From IMG/VR virus record IMGVR_UViG_3300034198_008248, positions 62,001-124,257 of that record: 62,257 nt of DNA; one strand, 5' to 3'. The stretch's first letter is position 1, and each line of letters starts with the position of its first letter. The notes under the pieces were generated by a model, which ran no database searches, was not told where the DNA came from, and saw only the letters and a program-made list of their open reading frames with translations. Source of the stretch: an uncultured virus (IMG/VR IMGVR_UViG_3300034198_008248). Its lineage: Duplodnaviria > Heunggongvirae > Uroviricota > Caudoviricetes. A program made the translations under genes and the position numbers. Shown here one piece after another: positions 19,423 to 30,130 of this stretch.

Positions 19423-20562
19423 TTATCCAACAAACATCATCGGAGGTGCGCTAGTGTGACCACCCTCAATGAGAAATTCTTCCAATGCTTGTTTTTCAGA
19501 AACACCTTCTTGTAAAACAGATTCACCATTTAAAGTCCCACCACCCAATAAAGTCACCCCTGTTATGTGTGTTAGTATACGACCCCACATAATTTTAGAC
19601 AATGCTGTGGCATAATCGAGAACCCATTTTTCTTTTACAATATCTTTCAGTGGGCGTTCAACATAACATTCCAAGACTCCATAAAATCTATTTGATTTTG
19701 GTTGTGGCATAAGTCTCAAGTATTGTGTTCTTGGATCGAAATGTATATCTCTTTTTATAGCTAAGAGTTTTTCTCTAGTATCTTGCCAGTCTTTTACAGT
19801 ATGCCATGATAATAAATCAAATCCGAAATTACCCATAGCGTAAGAATAGTATGTTTGTTGTGCCATTGTTTGTTCCATAGAAAACAATGTATTGACACCA
19901 CTAGAGCTTCCTTCCACGAAATCAATTACATCAATGACTTTTCGATAATCCATAACATCGTAATCAAACATGTTGTTATATTTTACAACATTTTCAACTT
20001 CTTCACATTGAACCGTGAAAGGTTTTTTTGGTGATACAATGAATAATGAACTTAAAGATGAATTAAATGCTGTCAATTGTGAATATGTAGATTCCTCCAT
20101 TACCTGCATTGCTGGTAAACCATCAGATGGGATAGAAGAACTTAAGGTAGAACTTGACACGAAATATGAACTGGGTATGGCTGATGTGAGAATGTATAAA
20201 TTTTCTCTTAAGGTAACATTATAATCTGGATTGGATTTTTTGACCTCATTTAATTTTTCTGATAAAGTAAATCCTGTATTAGCGACTGTGAAAAGATGGT
20301 CCAATCTAAGACCTTTATTTTTATCATATAGATTGCTATCAAATATCAAATACTCCTTTGTATACCCAGCATATTGTGTATAAAATTCACAAGCCATGCT
20401 AATAGAATCGTATAATTGGTCAGGGTGAAGTTCAACATTGATCATTGGATGACCCAACATTCTCAAAATTCTAGCACCCAAAGCTTGAAAACACTCTATC
20501 TTAGACGATAGATTTGTGCTCATAAAGGCTGATATTGGTTGAACATTACACAATTCTGACAT
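19423..20562 (-). CDS. gp13: Neck protein
   Basis: LGHPMINVEL..Q, WVLDYATALSK..WG, GVTLLGGGTLNG, PPMMFVG. Confidence 0.88.
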   Translation of the reverse strand: MSELCNVQPISAFMSTNLSSKIECFQALGARILRMLGHPMINVELHPDQLYDSISMACEFYTQYAGYTKEYLIFDSNLYDKNKGLRLDHLFTVANTGFTLSEKLNEVKKSNPDYNVTLRENLYILTSAIPSSYFVSSSTLSSSIPSDGLPAMQVMEESTYSQLTAFNSSLSSLFIVSPKKPFTVQCEEVENVVKYNNMFDYDVMDYRKVIDVIDFVEGSSSGVNTLFSMEQTMAQQTYYSYAMGNFGFDLLSWHTVKDWQDTREKLLAIKRDIHFDPRTQYLRLMPQPKSNRFYGVLECYVERPLKDIVKEKWVLDYATALSKIMWGRILTHITGVTLLGGGTLNGESVLQEGVSEKQALEEFLIEGGHTSAPPMMFVG

Positions 20563-20567
20563 AAAAC

Positions 20568-20585
20568 TATTTAATCAATTAAATA
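20568..20585. promoter_or_regulatory. Back-to-back divergent late promoters
   Basis: TATTTA (20568-73) and TAAATA (20580-85), each 5 nt from an ATG. Confidence 0.7.
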
Positions 20586-20590
20586 TTTTC

Positions 20591-20881
20591 ATGGCTCTGA
20601 CTGATAATAATGGAACACAATATTATGCGATTTCTTGTGGAATTCCCTCAACTACAACAAATCTCAGTTCTAATAATTCAACCGGGTATTATCGAAATTC
20701 TGCAAATGAATTTATTTTATGGGGTCAATCAACACAATATGCGTCTGTAACATCCAATAATGGATCTCAAAATTATTTTTATAAGTGTAATACACCATCC
20801 ACAACAATTAATTTGACAGCTAATAATTATACTGGGTATTATTATAGTTCAGCGTTTAACTGTGTGAGTTTCTGTGATTAA
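20591..20881 (+). CDS. Small N/S/T/Y-rich protein with two internal repeats
   Basis: NNGTQYYAISCGIPSTTTNLSSNNSTGYY / NNGSQNYFYKCNTPSTTINLTANNYTGYY. Confidence 0.7.
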   Translation: MALTDNNGTQYYAISCGIPSTTTNLSSNNSTGYYRNSANEFILWGQSTQYASVTSNNGSQNYFYKCNTPSTTINLTANNYTGYYYSSAFNCVSFCD

Positions 20882-22692
20882 GCTTGTGGTTCTTCACCAA
20901 CTATAGGTAATTCTGGTGGATTTCCCGCATTTGGGGGTGGTTCTTCACCACCACCGATATCCATTCCTCCACCCATATCTGGTGGCATTCCACCTCCACC
21001 CATAGGTGGTGCTCCTCCACCCATATTACCACCTTCGGCTGGAGCACCAGCTTGGGCTTGTTGTAATAGTTGATTCTTGAAGTCTGGACCCATCGTTAAC
21101 AACATATTCAATTCCCATTCCAGAGCCATTTGCAAACGAAGAAATTCGTTATTAGCTAAGATTTCTTTATCAGTAAATCCAAGAGCCTTTTTCATAGCGA
21201 AAGCAGTGGCTATTTTTCCACTAGAAATCATATTACTGAAAGAGTTGATCTTTAATTCCATCTTTTGGTTATTTCTAAGTTCATAGAAATTAGATGGAGG
21301 ATTGAAAATAACATTTATATTTTGCTCAGTTAAATCATACTCCTTAAACATTTTACGTAGTTTAAGATGCGTGATGAATCCTCTTTTTAGACCAGAGGCG
21401 AATTTTTGCTGTTGGCGCATGATCATCCTTGCAAATTTCAATTCTTCACGTAGAATGTCTGCACCATCTCGAAACGAGTCGTCTGGATCTAAACGAGAGG
21501 TTGGTGTTTTCAAAGAACGATAAAGTTTCTTGATGAAGAAATACAACCCTTCCATTTGATCATCACCTGATTGTCCACCGATTTCTTGAACAGTTGTAGG
21601 TTCTGTCCCTTGTCTTTTAGCAAACCAATAAGAATCTAGGGTTGATTGAGGACTATATTTCTTAACAATATCTCCCTGATCGGCATCAAATGTTTTGGTG
21701 GACCAATATTGAGCTTGTAGTTTTCTAAGATACGCTTCAGCTTGTGGAACAGGTAATCTACCAACGTCTACGTTAAAAACAAATCGTAAAGGAGCATGGA
21801 CCATTCTATGGATGACAATAGCATCCTCCATCATGGATAACTGACGATATGCTCGTCTAGCGTTTTCAATAAATGGAACAATAAACTCCTTAGTGTCATT
21901 ATATGAAGAGTTATTGATATAAACTACTTGATTTTCCTCATAAGGAATTGGTTCATATTTTTCTACTTTTCTAGGATCATTTTTATCGAAAATAGGCTTT
22001 TGGTAAAGAAATCCTTTAACCAACATATTCTGTATATTTCCATAAACTGGATCGATCAAATCAGAAGGGATATTGATAACCCCAAGCACACCTTCATTCA
22101 CATAATCCTCATGAATAATCTGTTCAAAATATAATTCCCCTTCAATTAAAAATTGTCTAAAATATTGCCAACCATTATTATGGAGATCATAATGCTCCAT
22201 ATATTTTTCAAATTCTTTCATAATCTCTTCCTTTTTATCGGATTCAATTTCTGAATTTTTGAATTTTAATTTTACAATGTCATCGTTTTCATCAGGATTT
22301 ATCGTCTCATCGCAAATTTCATCCAAAGCATCGGCAATTTCTGAGAACGCAGCCATGGTTCGATAATCGCGCATACGTCCCGGTTTATCCTCAGACGCCG
22401 TAGCATACATGATATTCGAGAAACTCTTATCTTGCTCAATAGCAGAGAAAGCTGTATTATTATAATCATTGCTTAGAGTTACAGAATTTTTCGCAATCGC
22501 CTCTGGACGGCGCATCCCGACATGTTGGAAATACTTATATTTTGGATTTTTAGACTCATCAGAATCTAAAACATTATAATTATATGGTAATCGATTCTTC
22601 AAATATGAAGTCATCGATCTATCATATGTCGATGATTTTCCATCTCTAGAAATATTTGTGCGATTATTTGGATTGTTCATCAAACCTGCCAT
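20878..22692 (-). CDS. gp20: Portal protein
   Basis: YRTMAAFSEIADALDEI, QLSMMEDAIVIHR..AP.R.VF.VDVG.LP..AEAY, REELKF; start moved to 22692 by promoter spacing. Confidence 0.95.
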   Translation of the reverse strand: MAGLMNNPNNRTNISRDGKSSTYDRSMTSYLKNRLPYNYNVLDSDESKNPKYKYFQHVGMRRPEAIAKNSVTLSNDYNNTAFSAIEQDKSFSNIMYATASEDKPGRMRDYRTMAAFSEIADALDEICDETINPDENDDIVKLKFKNSEIESDKKEEIMKEFEKYMEHYDLHNNGWQYFRQFLIEGELYFEQIIHEDYVNEGVLGVINIPSDLIDPVYGNIQNMLVKGFLYQKPIFDKNDPRKVEKYEPIPYEENQVVYINNSSYNDTKEFIVPFIENARRAYRQLSMMEDAIVIHRMVHAPLRFVFNVDVGRLPVPQAEAYLRKLQAQYWSTKTFDADQGDIVKKYSPQSTLDSYWFAKRQGTEPTTVQEIGGQSGDDQMEGLYFFIKKLYRSLKTPTSRLDPDDSFRDGADILREELKFARMIMRQQQKFASGLKRGFITHLKLRKMFKEYDLTEQNINVIFNPPSNFYELRNNQKMELKINSFSNMISSGKIATAFAMKKALGFTDKEILANNEFLRLQMALEWELNMLLTMGPDFKNQLLQQAQAGAPAEGGNMGGGAPPMGGGGMPPDMGGGMDIGGGEEPPPNAGNPPELPIVGEEPQA

Positions 22693-22714
22693 ATGAGTAT
22701 TTAATGTCAATCAA

Positions 22715-23782
22715 TTAAATAACAACGATTTCGTAATTATTAGAAATCCATCCAGCACTATTAGACGTAACTAATGTAAATAATCCACTACTCAAAAATT
22801 CTGATGTGAGAGAGATTGAAGCTATGTTGTCATTTACCACTTCAATTAAACTATCCGGTAATTTGTAAGCAGATATTGTCGGATGTTTGAATGTAGTTAT
22901 TTTTTTGTATTCTAACCCACTAATAACATTATTGGAACTCAAAAACCATTCGTTATCGAAATTAAACCTTTTACCGTATAAAGTTATGATATTGTCATTC
23001 AGTGAATTTATCGTTATCGATGATCTATAAGACTTACCGTTTATGAATTCGTTTGTGATTTCTGGATAAGCTGAGATAGATATGACATCTACTGGATAGG
23101 AAGACAACCCATTGAGTGTGAAGTCTGAACCAGTTCCAAGAGTATAAAAACTATTATTAACAACATAAATCGGAGCAACTGTTGTCTCCAATGCTGGGAA
23201 AATCCATCCCTTTATAGTAAAGGATGTATTAGCAATAATCCTATGCTTTTCTGCTTTATCAACTTCAATAGGTTCTTCGTAATCAAAAGAACCAGACCAA
23301 GATACTTCTGATCTCAATTCATCATCAAAATCCATCCCAAATTCTTCTGGAACTTTCCAAGAGATTATAAAATATGGATTACAATAGGGTATAATATTCG
23401 ATACGATTTGATCTATATCCTCTTTGTAATGAGCTATTACTGAAACGTCTATATCACAAGATACAGGTATTGGCATAGGAATCTTTGCAACATTTTTAGA
23501 ATTAACATGATGACGATACATATGTTGATCCTTATGCTGAACTCTGTCTGGATCGCGCTTTAGATTCTTTCTATTGATCGAAATCGCAGGTAAAGTTATA
23601 TTCTTAGCTGGATTTACTATATCGAAAAGGGCTCTTTGTTTAGAACCATTGATATATCTAACATTTATTTTTTCTTTCGGAATACCGTTTTTATCATATC
23701 TATATAAAAACATTCCATCAAATGCCGCTACAAATTGCGACATCATGTTATAAGCCTCTCGAAAATAAGAATAGTTATGCAC
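22715..23782 (-). CDS. gp15: Tail sheath stabilizer/terminator
   Basis: QFVAAFD, ITLPAISI, DIDQIVSNIIPY.NPY, FTIKGWIF. Confidence 0.82.
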   Translation of the reverse strand: MHNYSYFREAYNMMSQFVAAFDGMFLYRYDKNGIPKEKINVRYINGSKQRALFDIVNPAKNITLPAISINRKNLKRDPDRVQHKDQHMYRHHVNSKNVAKIPMPIPVSCDIDVSVIAHYKEDIDQIVSNIIPYCNPYFIISWKVPEEFGMDFDDELRSEVSWSGSFDYEEPIEVDKAEKHRIIANTSFTIKGWIFPALETTVAPIYVVNNSFYTLGTGSDFTLNGLSSYPVDVISISAYPEITNEFINGKSYRSSITINSLNDNIITLYGKRFNFDNEWFLSSNNVISGLEYKKITTFKHPTISAYKLPDSLIEVVNDNIASISLTSEFLSSGLFTLVTSNSAGWISNNYEIVVI

Positions 23783-23795
23783 TAATCATATTTAG

Positions 23796-25409
23796 TTACT
23801 GAAATCTATCTATGAAAAACTTCGGCAACTTCTTCTTATTTCTATGAACAGCGTCAAAAATACTTCCATCTAAAATATACGTCACACATTCATCATCCAA
23901 AGATCGAACCCCACGACCACAAGCTTGGATTAATGTTTTCAACATAGCATTGGAATACCAATCTCTATCAATCTTCATTAACTTTTCAACTCGGATATCT
24001 TTGGTAGGTAGCCAAGGTGCTTTCAAAAGAATTTGAAATTTTCCAAGATCACCCTTCAAATCAACCCCATAAGTCATGCTAGGACTCACTAGGACAGTGG
24101 GTTCCTTACTTCGCTCATGAATGTCCAGAAGTTCCTCATTACGCACTCCACCTTCTCTACATAGCAAACGAGAAGACTTTACGTTGTTTCTAATATAGTC
24201 GGTTATAAACTGAGTGTGGGTATGAATAATTCCCTTTTCGTCCTTATGCTCTTCCAACAATTCCGAAACCTGTTTAGCGATTTTTGGAAGCATTTGATCC
24301 ATATTTTTGAAATTTAATTTCTGCGAAGCTAAGATATAAATTGGTGCTTTCTCGGAATCAAAAGCAGAATCAACCTCAATATATTCGTAATCTGTTATCC
24401 CTAAATTTTTACAGAAATTATGTGGATCAATGATTGTAGCAGACATAATAACAACACGATCAGCGTGGTCAAACAAAAAGCTAGAAAGTTTATCAACCTT
24501 TAAAGGTATGAATCTAATTTTTTTGTCAACTCTTTCAATTAGATATTCTGAATCGTAATAAGTCCCAATGAGAATTTCTAAACTAGATTGTAGATTCAAT
24601 AATTTAGAATATTCACCCTTCTTTTTATTGAATTCCATTGGATCATTCTTACCTTCTTTAAAGTATTCCTTATATGATTCCACATTAGTTGAAACATTTC
24701 TAAGAAGTTCAGATAACCAATTGACAACTTTAGCAGGCTTTTCTTCTACTGGAAATGAAGAAACAGAGGTGTTAGTCTTCATAAGAAAAGGGATATCTAC
24801 TTCGCATGTGAATTGCGAGACGAGTTGTTCCTCCAACTCCGATCCCTCATCACAAACCAAAATTTCTCTCTTCTTCAAGTGCTCTGGTAAAGAGAAGAAC
24901 ATACTGTAATTTAATGCTGCAAATCTACTCTTCAACATCTTATTCCTCTGATTGTAATACGGACATTTGTTAGCTTTCCAACAATCGTTTTTCATTCCCT
25001 TAACGTAGATACAAGGAGCAACATCTACTGTCATTTCATCATCCACTTTACACTGATAGTTGCTTTGACCTTTTAATACTCCTGTTTCTGAGAAAGTATT
25101 TTTATATTGATCTTGAAGAGATTTAGTGATTGTTAATGCATAGCAACCAAAGGTTTCATCACCCATAACACTCAACCCATCCTCCCCAAATATAGAATAA
25201 TTATCTACATTTTCTTTAAATTTCTCCGATGGCTCATTGGTAGAATTCGATAAAGTTAGAGGAAGGTGGCCTTTCCCCGATCCGGTGGGAGCATTCACAA
25301 TAACATATTTTTTACCATCCGAAAAAGCCTTCTCTATCTTTTTTAGAATGGTTGTCTGGGATTTGTTTGGAGAATATCCCTCTGGAAAATTTAAAATTAA
25401 GTTGGTCAT
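23796..25409 (-). CDS. DinG/XPD-like Fe-S helicase
   Basis: NAPTGSGK, LQDQY, four-Cys cluster, CDEG, MSATI, GVDLKGD, QACGRGVRS.DD, ILDG. Confidence 0.85.
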   Translation of the reverse strand: MTNLILNFPEGYSPNKSQTTILKKIEKAFSDGKKYVIVNAPTGSGKGHLPLTLSNSTNEPSEKFKENVDNYSIFGEDGLSVMGDETFGCYALTITKSLQDQYKNTFSETGVLKGQSNYQCKVDDEMTVDVAPCIYVKGMKNDCWKANKCPYYNQRNKMLKSRFAALNYSMFFSLPEHLKKREILVCDEGSELEEQLVSQFTCEVDIPFLMKTNTSVSSFPVEEKPAKVVNWLSELLRNVSTNVESYKEYFKEGKNDPMEFNKKKGEYSKLLNLQSSLEILIGTYYDSEYLIERVDKKIRFIPLKVDKLSSFLFDHADRVVIMSATIIDPHNFCKNLGITDYEYIEVDSAFDSEKAPIYILASQKLNFKNMDQMLPKIAKQVSELLEEHKDEKGIIHTHTQFITDYIRNNVKSSRLLCREGGVRNEELLDIHERSKEPTVLVSPSMTYGVDLKGDLGKFQILLKAPWLPTKDIRVEKLMKIDRDWYSNAMLKTLIQACGRGVRSLDDECVTYILDGSIFDAVHRNKKKLPKFFIDRFQ

Positions 25410-25417
25410 CTACTGAA

Positions 25418-25446
25418 ATTATACTCACAAAGATACCAAAAGTCAA
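25418..25446 (-). promoter_or_regulatory. sigma70-type promoter
   Basis: TTGACT-17-TATAAT, 8 nt before ATG 25409. Confidence 0.75.
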
Positions 25447-25778
25447 GCAGATAAAGTGATTACATGGAGATAATTGTCGTGCAGTCTGGAAGCTTCTGAT
25501 TTATTCATAAGTTTCATCTTCCAGTATAATTCTTCTGTTCTTGGGCAAAATGCTGACAATGAATAATCAAACAAATAACCTTTGGGATTTTTAACAACTC
25601 TAAACGGATAAGGCAAATCATACTCTATAGTTTTTTCTTCATTCTCCAATTTAAATCGTATGAAAAATTGTTTTGTATTAAAAACCTTAACCTTACCTTT
25701 TTTAATCGATTTCCCGTCTATTTGAAAATCTACATTTTTTAACACGATATCTTTAAGATCATTCTCCAGTTTAATCAT
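25443..25778 (-). CDS. Hypothetical protein
   Basis: 111 aa; TAAGTA-N5-ATG upstream. Confidence 0.7.
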   Translation of the reverse strand: MIKLENDLKDIVLKNVDFQIDGKSIKKGKVKVFNTKQFFIRFKLENEEKTIEYDLPYPFRVVKNPKGYLFDYSLSAFCPRTEELYWKMKLMNKSEASRLHDNYLHVITLSA

Positions 25779-25807
25779 GATGTTACTTACAACAATTTAA
25801 AAATTAA

Positions 25808-26353
25808 TCAAGTGATAGAGTCTATCCATTGTGATTTTTGCCCAAAGGACATTGGCGCAAATACCTTATCATAATATTTCCAAAAAGTTTCATCTCCGGG
25901 TATTGTCTGTCTTAGATAGCATGTGTCCATACTCACATTGCGATATTTGCATTGTATTATATCCCAAACCACTACGATGTTGTGTTTTACTTCGTCCAAC
26001 CTCCTGCTTGTCTTTGGTTCTTCAAAAGAAAGAGATCGTTTTCCTCTTTCAGATACTTGGATGTTTCTACATAATGTGCATAGCATTCTCCTAACCTCCG
26101 GTCTTCCCGGTGCTCTCTCGGGTCTTCTACGCACAAAAACAATCTCACAGACATTATTAGTGAGTATATTTTTTAACTCACCTCTTTGAATTTGTCTATC
26201 AGATTGTTTAATTTGAGATTGATAATTCTCTTCTTCTTTGTAACCATCGATCTCTTGCCAACTTTTTAAGAATCGACCCCAAGCATCACGAAGATTTCCT
26301 TTAGAGTCCTGCCAAATTCTTTCATATCTGTCTTTGGTAGAACGCTTCGCCAT
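25808..26353 (-). CDS. WYL-like/Sm-like SH3 beta-barrel protein
   Basis: ELKNIL..NVCEIVF.RR..RRMLCTL..VVWDI..YRNV pattern. Confidence 0.6.
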   Translation of the reverse strand: MAKRSTKDRYERIWQDSKGNLRDAWGRFLKSWQEIDGYKEEENYQSQIKQSDRQIQRGELKNILTNNVCEIVFVRRRPERAPGRPEVRRMLCTLCRNIQVSERGKRSLSFEEPKTSRRLDEVKHNIVVVWDIIQCKYRNVSMDTCYLRQTIPGDETFWKYYDKVFAPMSFGQKSQWIDSIT

Positions 26354-26357
26354 TCAA

Positions 26358-27008
26358 TTATTTAGTTGCCATGATGGATACAAACGGAGAATCAGAATTA
26401 TAATCCATAATAATATGTGGGTAAGTATCCGCTAAATATTTCTCCATTAATTTTTTAAAAAGACTTACTCTTGAAGGATCTTTCCCATTTGCCTTTATAC
26501 AAATAGCCTTTAGATTTATATGATTCTGGGAATCACCCCAAAGGCTATCCAACATAGCACCCTTCAATCCAGAAAATAACCCCTTTGCAGCTAAACCAAC
26601 TTCTCCTGTGGTATGTTGACGACCTCTTTCATCTTTGAAAGATATATAACACATTCTGTCGGTAGGTTTTAGATCTGAAAAATGTTTATTATATAAGCGA
26701 AACGCTTCGGTGGGTGAATCATTTTTATTATTTGCTAAAGTATTGTTGATTATGGTATCGTTTGTTTTCTTAGGATTTAAGAAACTGAAAAAAACATAAA
26801 ACGATTGACCATTGTTCAATACAACCTCATACACATCCTCGGTCCCATTCGCGGATTCACCAGAGGATATTTTTTTCAAACTTTCCCATAACAAAACTGA
26901 ATCTGATCCCATTCCAGATTCGAATAAATAATCCCAATCGAAATTACCACGACTTATATCTTCGTATAATTCACCCAGAGTTGTCTTGTCGTAGTCTTTC
27001 ATAATCAC
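26358..27008 (-). CDS. Hypothetical protein, distant paralog of 9746..10267
   Basis: TTGEVG..LFS..K....DPSRVSLF motif; LYE/LFES/LWES in the N-terminus. Confidence 0.6.
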   Translation of the reverse strand: MIMKDYDKTTLGELYEDISRGNFDWDYLFESGMGSDSVLLWESLKKISSGESANGTEDVYEVVLNNGQSFYVFFSFLNPKKTNDTIINNTLANNKNDSPTEAFRLYNKHFSDLKPTDRMCYISFKDERGRQHTTGEVGLAAKGLFSGLKGAMLDSLWGDSQNHINLKAICIKANGKDPSRVSLFKKLMEKYLADTYPHIIMDYNSDSPFVSIMATK

Positions 27009-27436
27009 TTAGCTTTACAAATACCAAACAATCTTTGCTCATTAAGGAATAGACCGTTCTTCATAGTCCCATGACCCTCTACTTCTAGATTAGTAATTGG
27101 GATTCCCATATTGTTCGGGAAAACTACAATGTCACCAACATTAACCCAACGAACTTGAGGACCAGTCAAAACAACCTTACCCTTTCTCCAAGCATTGTGA
27201 ATTTGATTGACTGGAATGGCAATACCCTTTCTTAGAATGTAATCACCAGCAGCTTCGTCCATAACAATATCAGCATATTCAACTAAAATAATATCATCGA
27301 GAAGTTGAGAGAAGATGTAATCATCTAATCCAAAATCACTCGGTAAAGATCGATCAGAGAGATCAATATGTGATTTTTGAACAGGTGCGTGGTCAATTGA
27401 AATTGGATCTCGTTCGATGTGAATTGCTCTTTGCAT
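27005..27436 (-). CDS. groES: Co-chaperonin GroES (gp31-like)
   Basis: LDDIILVE...GIAIP...GKVVLTGP.V..V.VGD.V.F...FLNEQR.FG. Confidence 0.8.
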   Translation of the reverse strand: MQRAIHIERDPISIDHAPVQKSHIDLSDRSLPSDFGLDDYIFSQLLDDIILVEYADIVMDEAAGDYILRKGIAIPVNQIHNAWRKGKVVLTGPQVRWVNVGDIVVFPNNMGIPITNLEVEGHGTMKNGLFLNEQRLFGICKAK

Positions 27437-27442
27437 AGGACT

Positions 27443-27727
27443 TTATTTATTTTGTCTTTTCACATTGTCAACTTCGTCGTGTGGAACGAAAATGCGTTTA
27501 TGACAATATTTACACAACATTGATTCATGTGTGTATTTCCTATCATCAAAACTCCCCCAATTATAGTAACATATTTGAAAATAGTGACCACTTTCCTCAC
27601 ATTCATCTTGTAATTTTTTCTCTAATGTGTGATATTTTTCAATATGAGGGTGCAATATTTTAGATCTTTCCTCCGATTCTAGTGTCCTCAATTCGATTCT
27701 CTTAGCTTTAATTTCTTCCTTGTTCAT
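27443..27727 (-). CDS. Hypothetical protein
   Basis: 94 aa with C..GH...CxxC. Confidence 0.6.
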   Translation of the reverse strand: MNKEEIKAKRIELRTLESEERSKILHPHIEKYHTLEKKLQDECEESGHYFQICYYNWGSFDDRKYTHESMLCKYCHKRIFVPHDEVDNVKRQNK

Positions 27728-28052
27728 AATATTCCAATTCTCTCTTAGACATGAATTCTGGTATATGCTGAATTTCTGACTTTTCTTCTTCCTTATATTT
27801 TCTCTTGATATATTCTGATTTTCTCCTCTTCAATTTTGGAATGATAGAATCGAAGAATTTGAATTGTTCGTCCTTTTCCTTGAATAGATTGGAGTATACA
27901 TTCAAAGTATCATTAATATAATCACAATACTTACCAGAATCGTAGAATGAAAAGGTTTTCGTAGTTATATGTGGATTAAATTCCTGAATCAGATCAGCAT
28001 CCAATTCGGTTTTATTCTTTTCGTGTAGTAGATAATTTACAGCGTCGAACAT
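27708..28052 (-). CDS. gp62: Clamp loader small subunit
   Basis: MFDAVNYL..K, FNP, N......QFKFF...IPK.KR....YIK pattern. Confidence 0.6.
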   Translation of the reverse strand: MFDAVNYLLHEKNKTELDADLIQEFNPHITTKTFSFYDSGKYCDYINDTLNVYSNLFKEKDEQFKFFDSIIPKLKRRKSEYIKRKYKEEEKSEIQHIPEFMSKRELEYYEQGRN

Positions 28053-28053
28053 A

Positions 28054-28827
28054 TTATAATAAATGTGATATATCTATTTTTCCATCGGAAATATGCTTTA
28101 TTGTAATCTCTTCTTCCCCAAAGTCAAACATTTTCTTCAATTTCATACATTTATCATATTCTTCGTCATCTGGGATGATCGAATATTTTCTATAAAGTAA
28201 ATTCATTTTTTCCAACTGTTTATAAGCAATTTCTCCTGTTTTAGCCTCGTGTTCATCCGGTGTAAAACAACATGAATGATAATTAACTCCACCGAAATGA
28301 TATATAAAATCTTTATTTTTTGAATCTCTTTCAACCTTCAACTTAGTGATACTATCATGTAATTCAATATCTTGATATATTCTGATATCATTTTTGTAAC
28401 CACCAACCCGGAACCACTCACTCTTCTTAAAAGACATCGCGTTGTGTGGACAAGAATTCGATTTTTTAAAAACATCACCGTAAATTATATAAGATTCTAA
28501 ATTTCTATATCCGTTAATATCTTCTTTATCATACTGATTCATATGATTAGATATTCTATCTGGAGTAAATATATCATCATCATCTAAAGGAAATATTATA
28601 TCAGCATCTTTGGCTAAGATTGCTATATTTCTTTTATCGGATATCGTCATCCTCTTGTTACAATTTATGACTGTAACATCCGATCTATCACAACAGATTT
28701 GAATATGTTTGTCATCATTAACTACGACCAAATGTTTATCATCGTAAGTTTGATTCGTGAAAGATGATAGCATTCTGTTTAGGTAAGGAACCCTACCTAT
28801 GGTTGGACATATTACCAATGCTTTCAT
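28054..28827 (-). CDS. GT-A glycosyltransferase (GT2)
   Basis: ICPTIGR, QTY, VVND, KRN, LDDDD. Confidence 0.85.
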   Translation of the reverse strand: MKALVICPTIGRVPYLNRMLSSFTNQTYDDKHLVVVNDDKHIQICCDRSDVTVINCNKRMTISDKRNIAILAKDADIIFPLDDDDIFTPDRISNHMNQYDKEDINGYRNLESYIIYGDVFKKSNSCPHNAMSFKKSEWFRVGGYKNDIRIYQDIELHDSITKLKVERDSKNKDFIYHFGGVNYHSCCFTPDEHEAKTGEIAYKQLEKMNLLYRKYSIIPDDEEYDKCMKLKKMFDFGEEEITIKHISDGKIDISHLL

Positions 28828-29498
28828 TTTACAAATTCTAGAAATTTTTGACAATTGAATATTTTATCAAATAAAAAATTATCAGTATGTGCATCCCAAT
28901 TATCATCTATATCAGTCCAACAATTTTTAGAATATATATCAATCGATAATATCAATTCTTCAAACATTTTAATATCATAATGTGATTCACCTATCAAATT
29001 ATTAAAATTAACTATTTTGATTGTTTTATTGTATTTTTTATTTATAAAATTAGAAAAATTTATTATTTTGTTTTCATGTTTCTGTGTATTATATTTATCG
29101 GATCTTCTATAATAGTAGAACATCACAACATCATTAGAATCTTCTAACCAAGATTTGGTTCTGTTCAATTTTCTACACAAACTATCTAAATTATTTATAT
29201 TATCTAAATGAAAAAATGACATAACATTCCAAGAATATATATTATCTCGATCTATTGAATACTTTTTGTTAATCCATTTACTATAAATTATATTATGTTT
29301 AGGATAATAATTATACGATTCGTTTATTAAAAAATTCCGATCTAAAATATAACTGAAATCATTTTCTATTATATATTTCACACCATCCAAATTAATCAAT
29401 ACGTTATCGAATAATCCGTGTGGTCCATTTATTATACCACATCTTCTCAACTGTTTATCTAAAAGACACGTTTCACCTATTATTATTTTATTTTTCAT
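28824..29498 (-). CDS. Hypothetical protein, possible DUF1796/papain-like
   Basis: IGETC..L...FD N-terminal pattern; very AT-rich. Confidence 0.45.
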   Translation of the reverse strand: MKNKIIIGETCLLDKQLRRCGIINGPHGLFDNVLINLDGVKYIIENDFSYILDRNFLINESYNYYPKHNIIYSKWINKKYSIDRDNIYSWNVMSFFHLDNINNLDSLCRKLNRTKSWLEDSNDVVMFYYYRRSDKYNTQKHENKIINFSNFINKKYNKTIKIVNFNNLIGESHYDIKMFEELILSIDIYSKNCWTDIDDNWDAHTDNFLFDKIFNCQKFLEFVK

Positions 29499-30130
29499 TG
29501 TGTGCTTCTATTATATCCAATATGGTAACAAACTGTGGGATTCAACAACACAGCTTTATAATTAAAATTTTTAACATATAAGGAACACTCCAATTCATCA
29601 ACATGTTTCTTTATTCCGCTTGGAAACATTTTCAAATAATCACTTTTTCGACGCAATCCCGGATTCCAAGAATATCCACACCAGCAATCTCTAAAATTTG
29701 GATCGACGTATCTATAAGAGAAATCTTCTAATATCTCATTTTCACCAATTGTTTTGTGTGGGTTATCGTGTTCATGACGCAACCAAACTTGGTGTATATC
29801 TGGATTGTTTTCTAATATTTTGATAGAATTTAAAATATACGGGCTTTTATTATCGAAATACCAATCATCTTCCAAATGAAAAATATATTCATTTTTAGCA
29901 TTGGAGAATAAAATATCTAAAGATTTTTTTTGTCCTATATTTTTTGAGTTGCAAATCACTTCAAAATCTTTACCATACTCTCTAAATACTGAATTATTCG
30001 ACTCTGGATCATCGCAAATAATCGTAAAATCATCAATAGCATATGAATTAGTATCAAGAAAAGAATCTATGGTGGATTTTAATAAATCTAAACGGCCACA
30101 AGTGGTTAGTGTTACTGATATAGGTTTCAT
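29495..30130 (-). CDS. GT-A glycosyltransferase
   Basis: TTCGRLDLL..T..SF, FHLEDDW, SWNPGLRR, HIG. Confidence 0.8.
   Translation of the reverse strand: MKPISVTLTTCGRLDLLKSTIDSFLDTNSYAIDDFTIICDDPESNNSVFREYGKDFEVICNSKNIGQKKSLDILFSNAKNEYIFHLEDDWYFDNKSPYILNSIKILENNPDIHQVWLRHEHDNPHKTIGENEILEDFSYRYVDPNFRDCWCGYSWNPGLRRKSDYLKMFPSGIKKHVDELECSLYVKNFNYKAVLLNPTVCYHIGYNRSTQ

Noticed and set aside
20890..21060. GC-rich repetitive stretch at the portal 3' end
   Set aside because: Encodes a low-complexity Gly/Pro/Met tail; no separate element.
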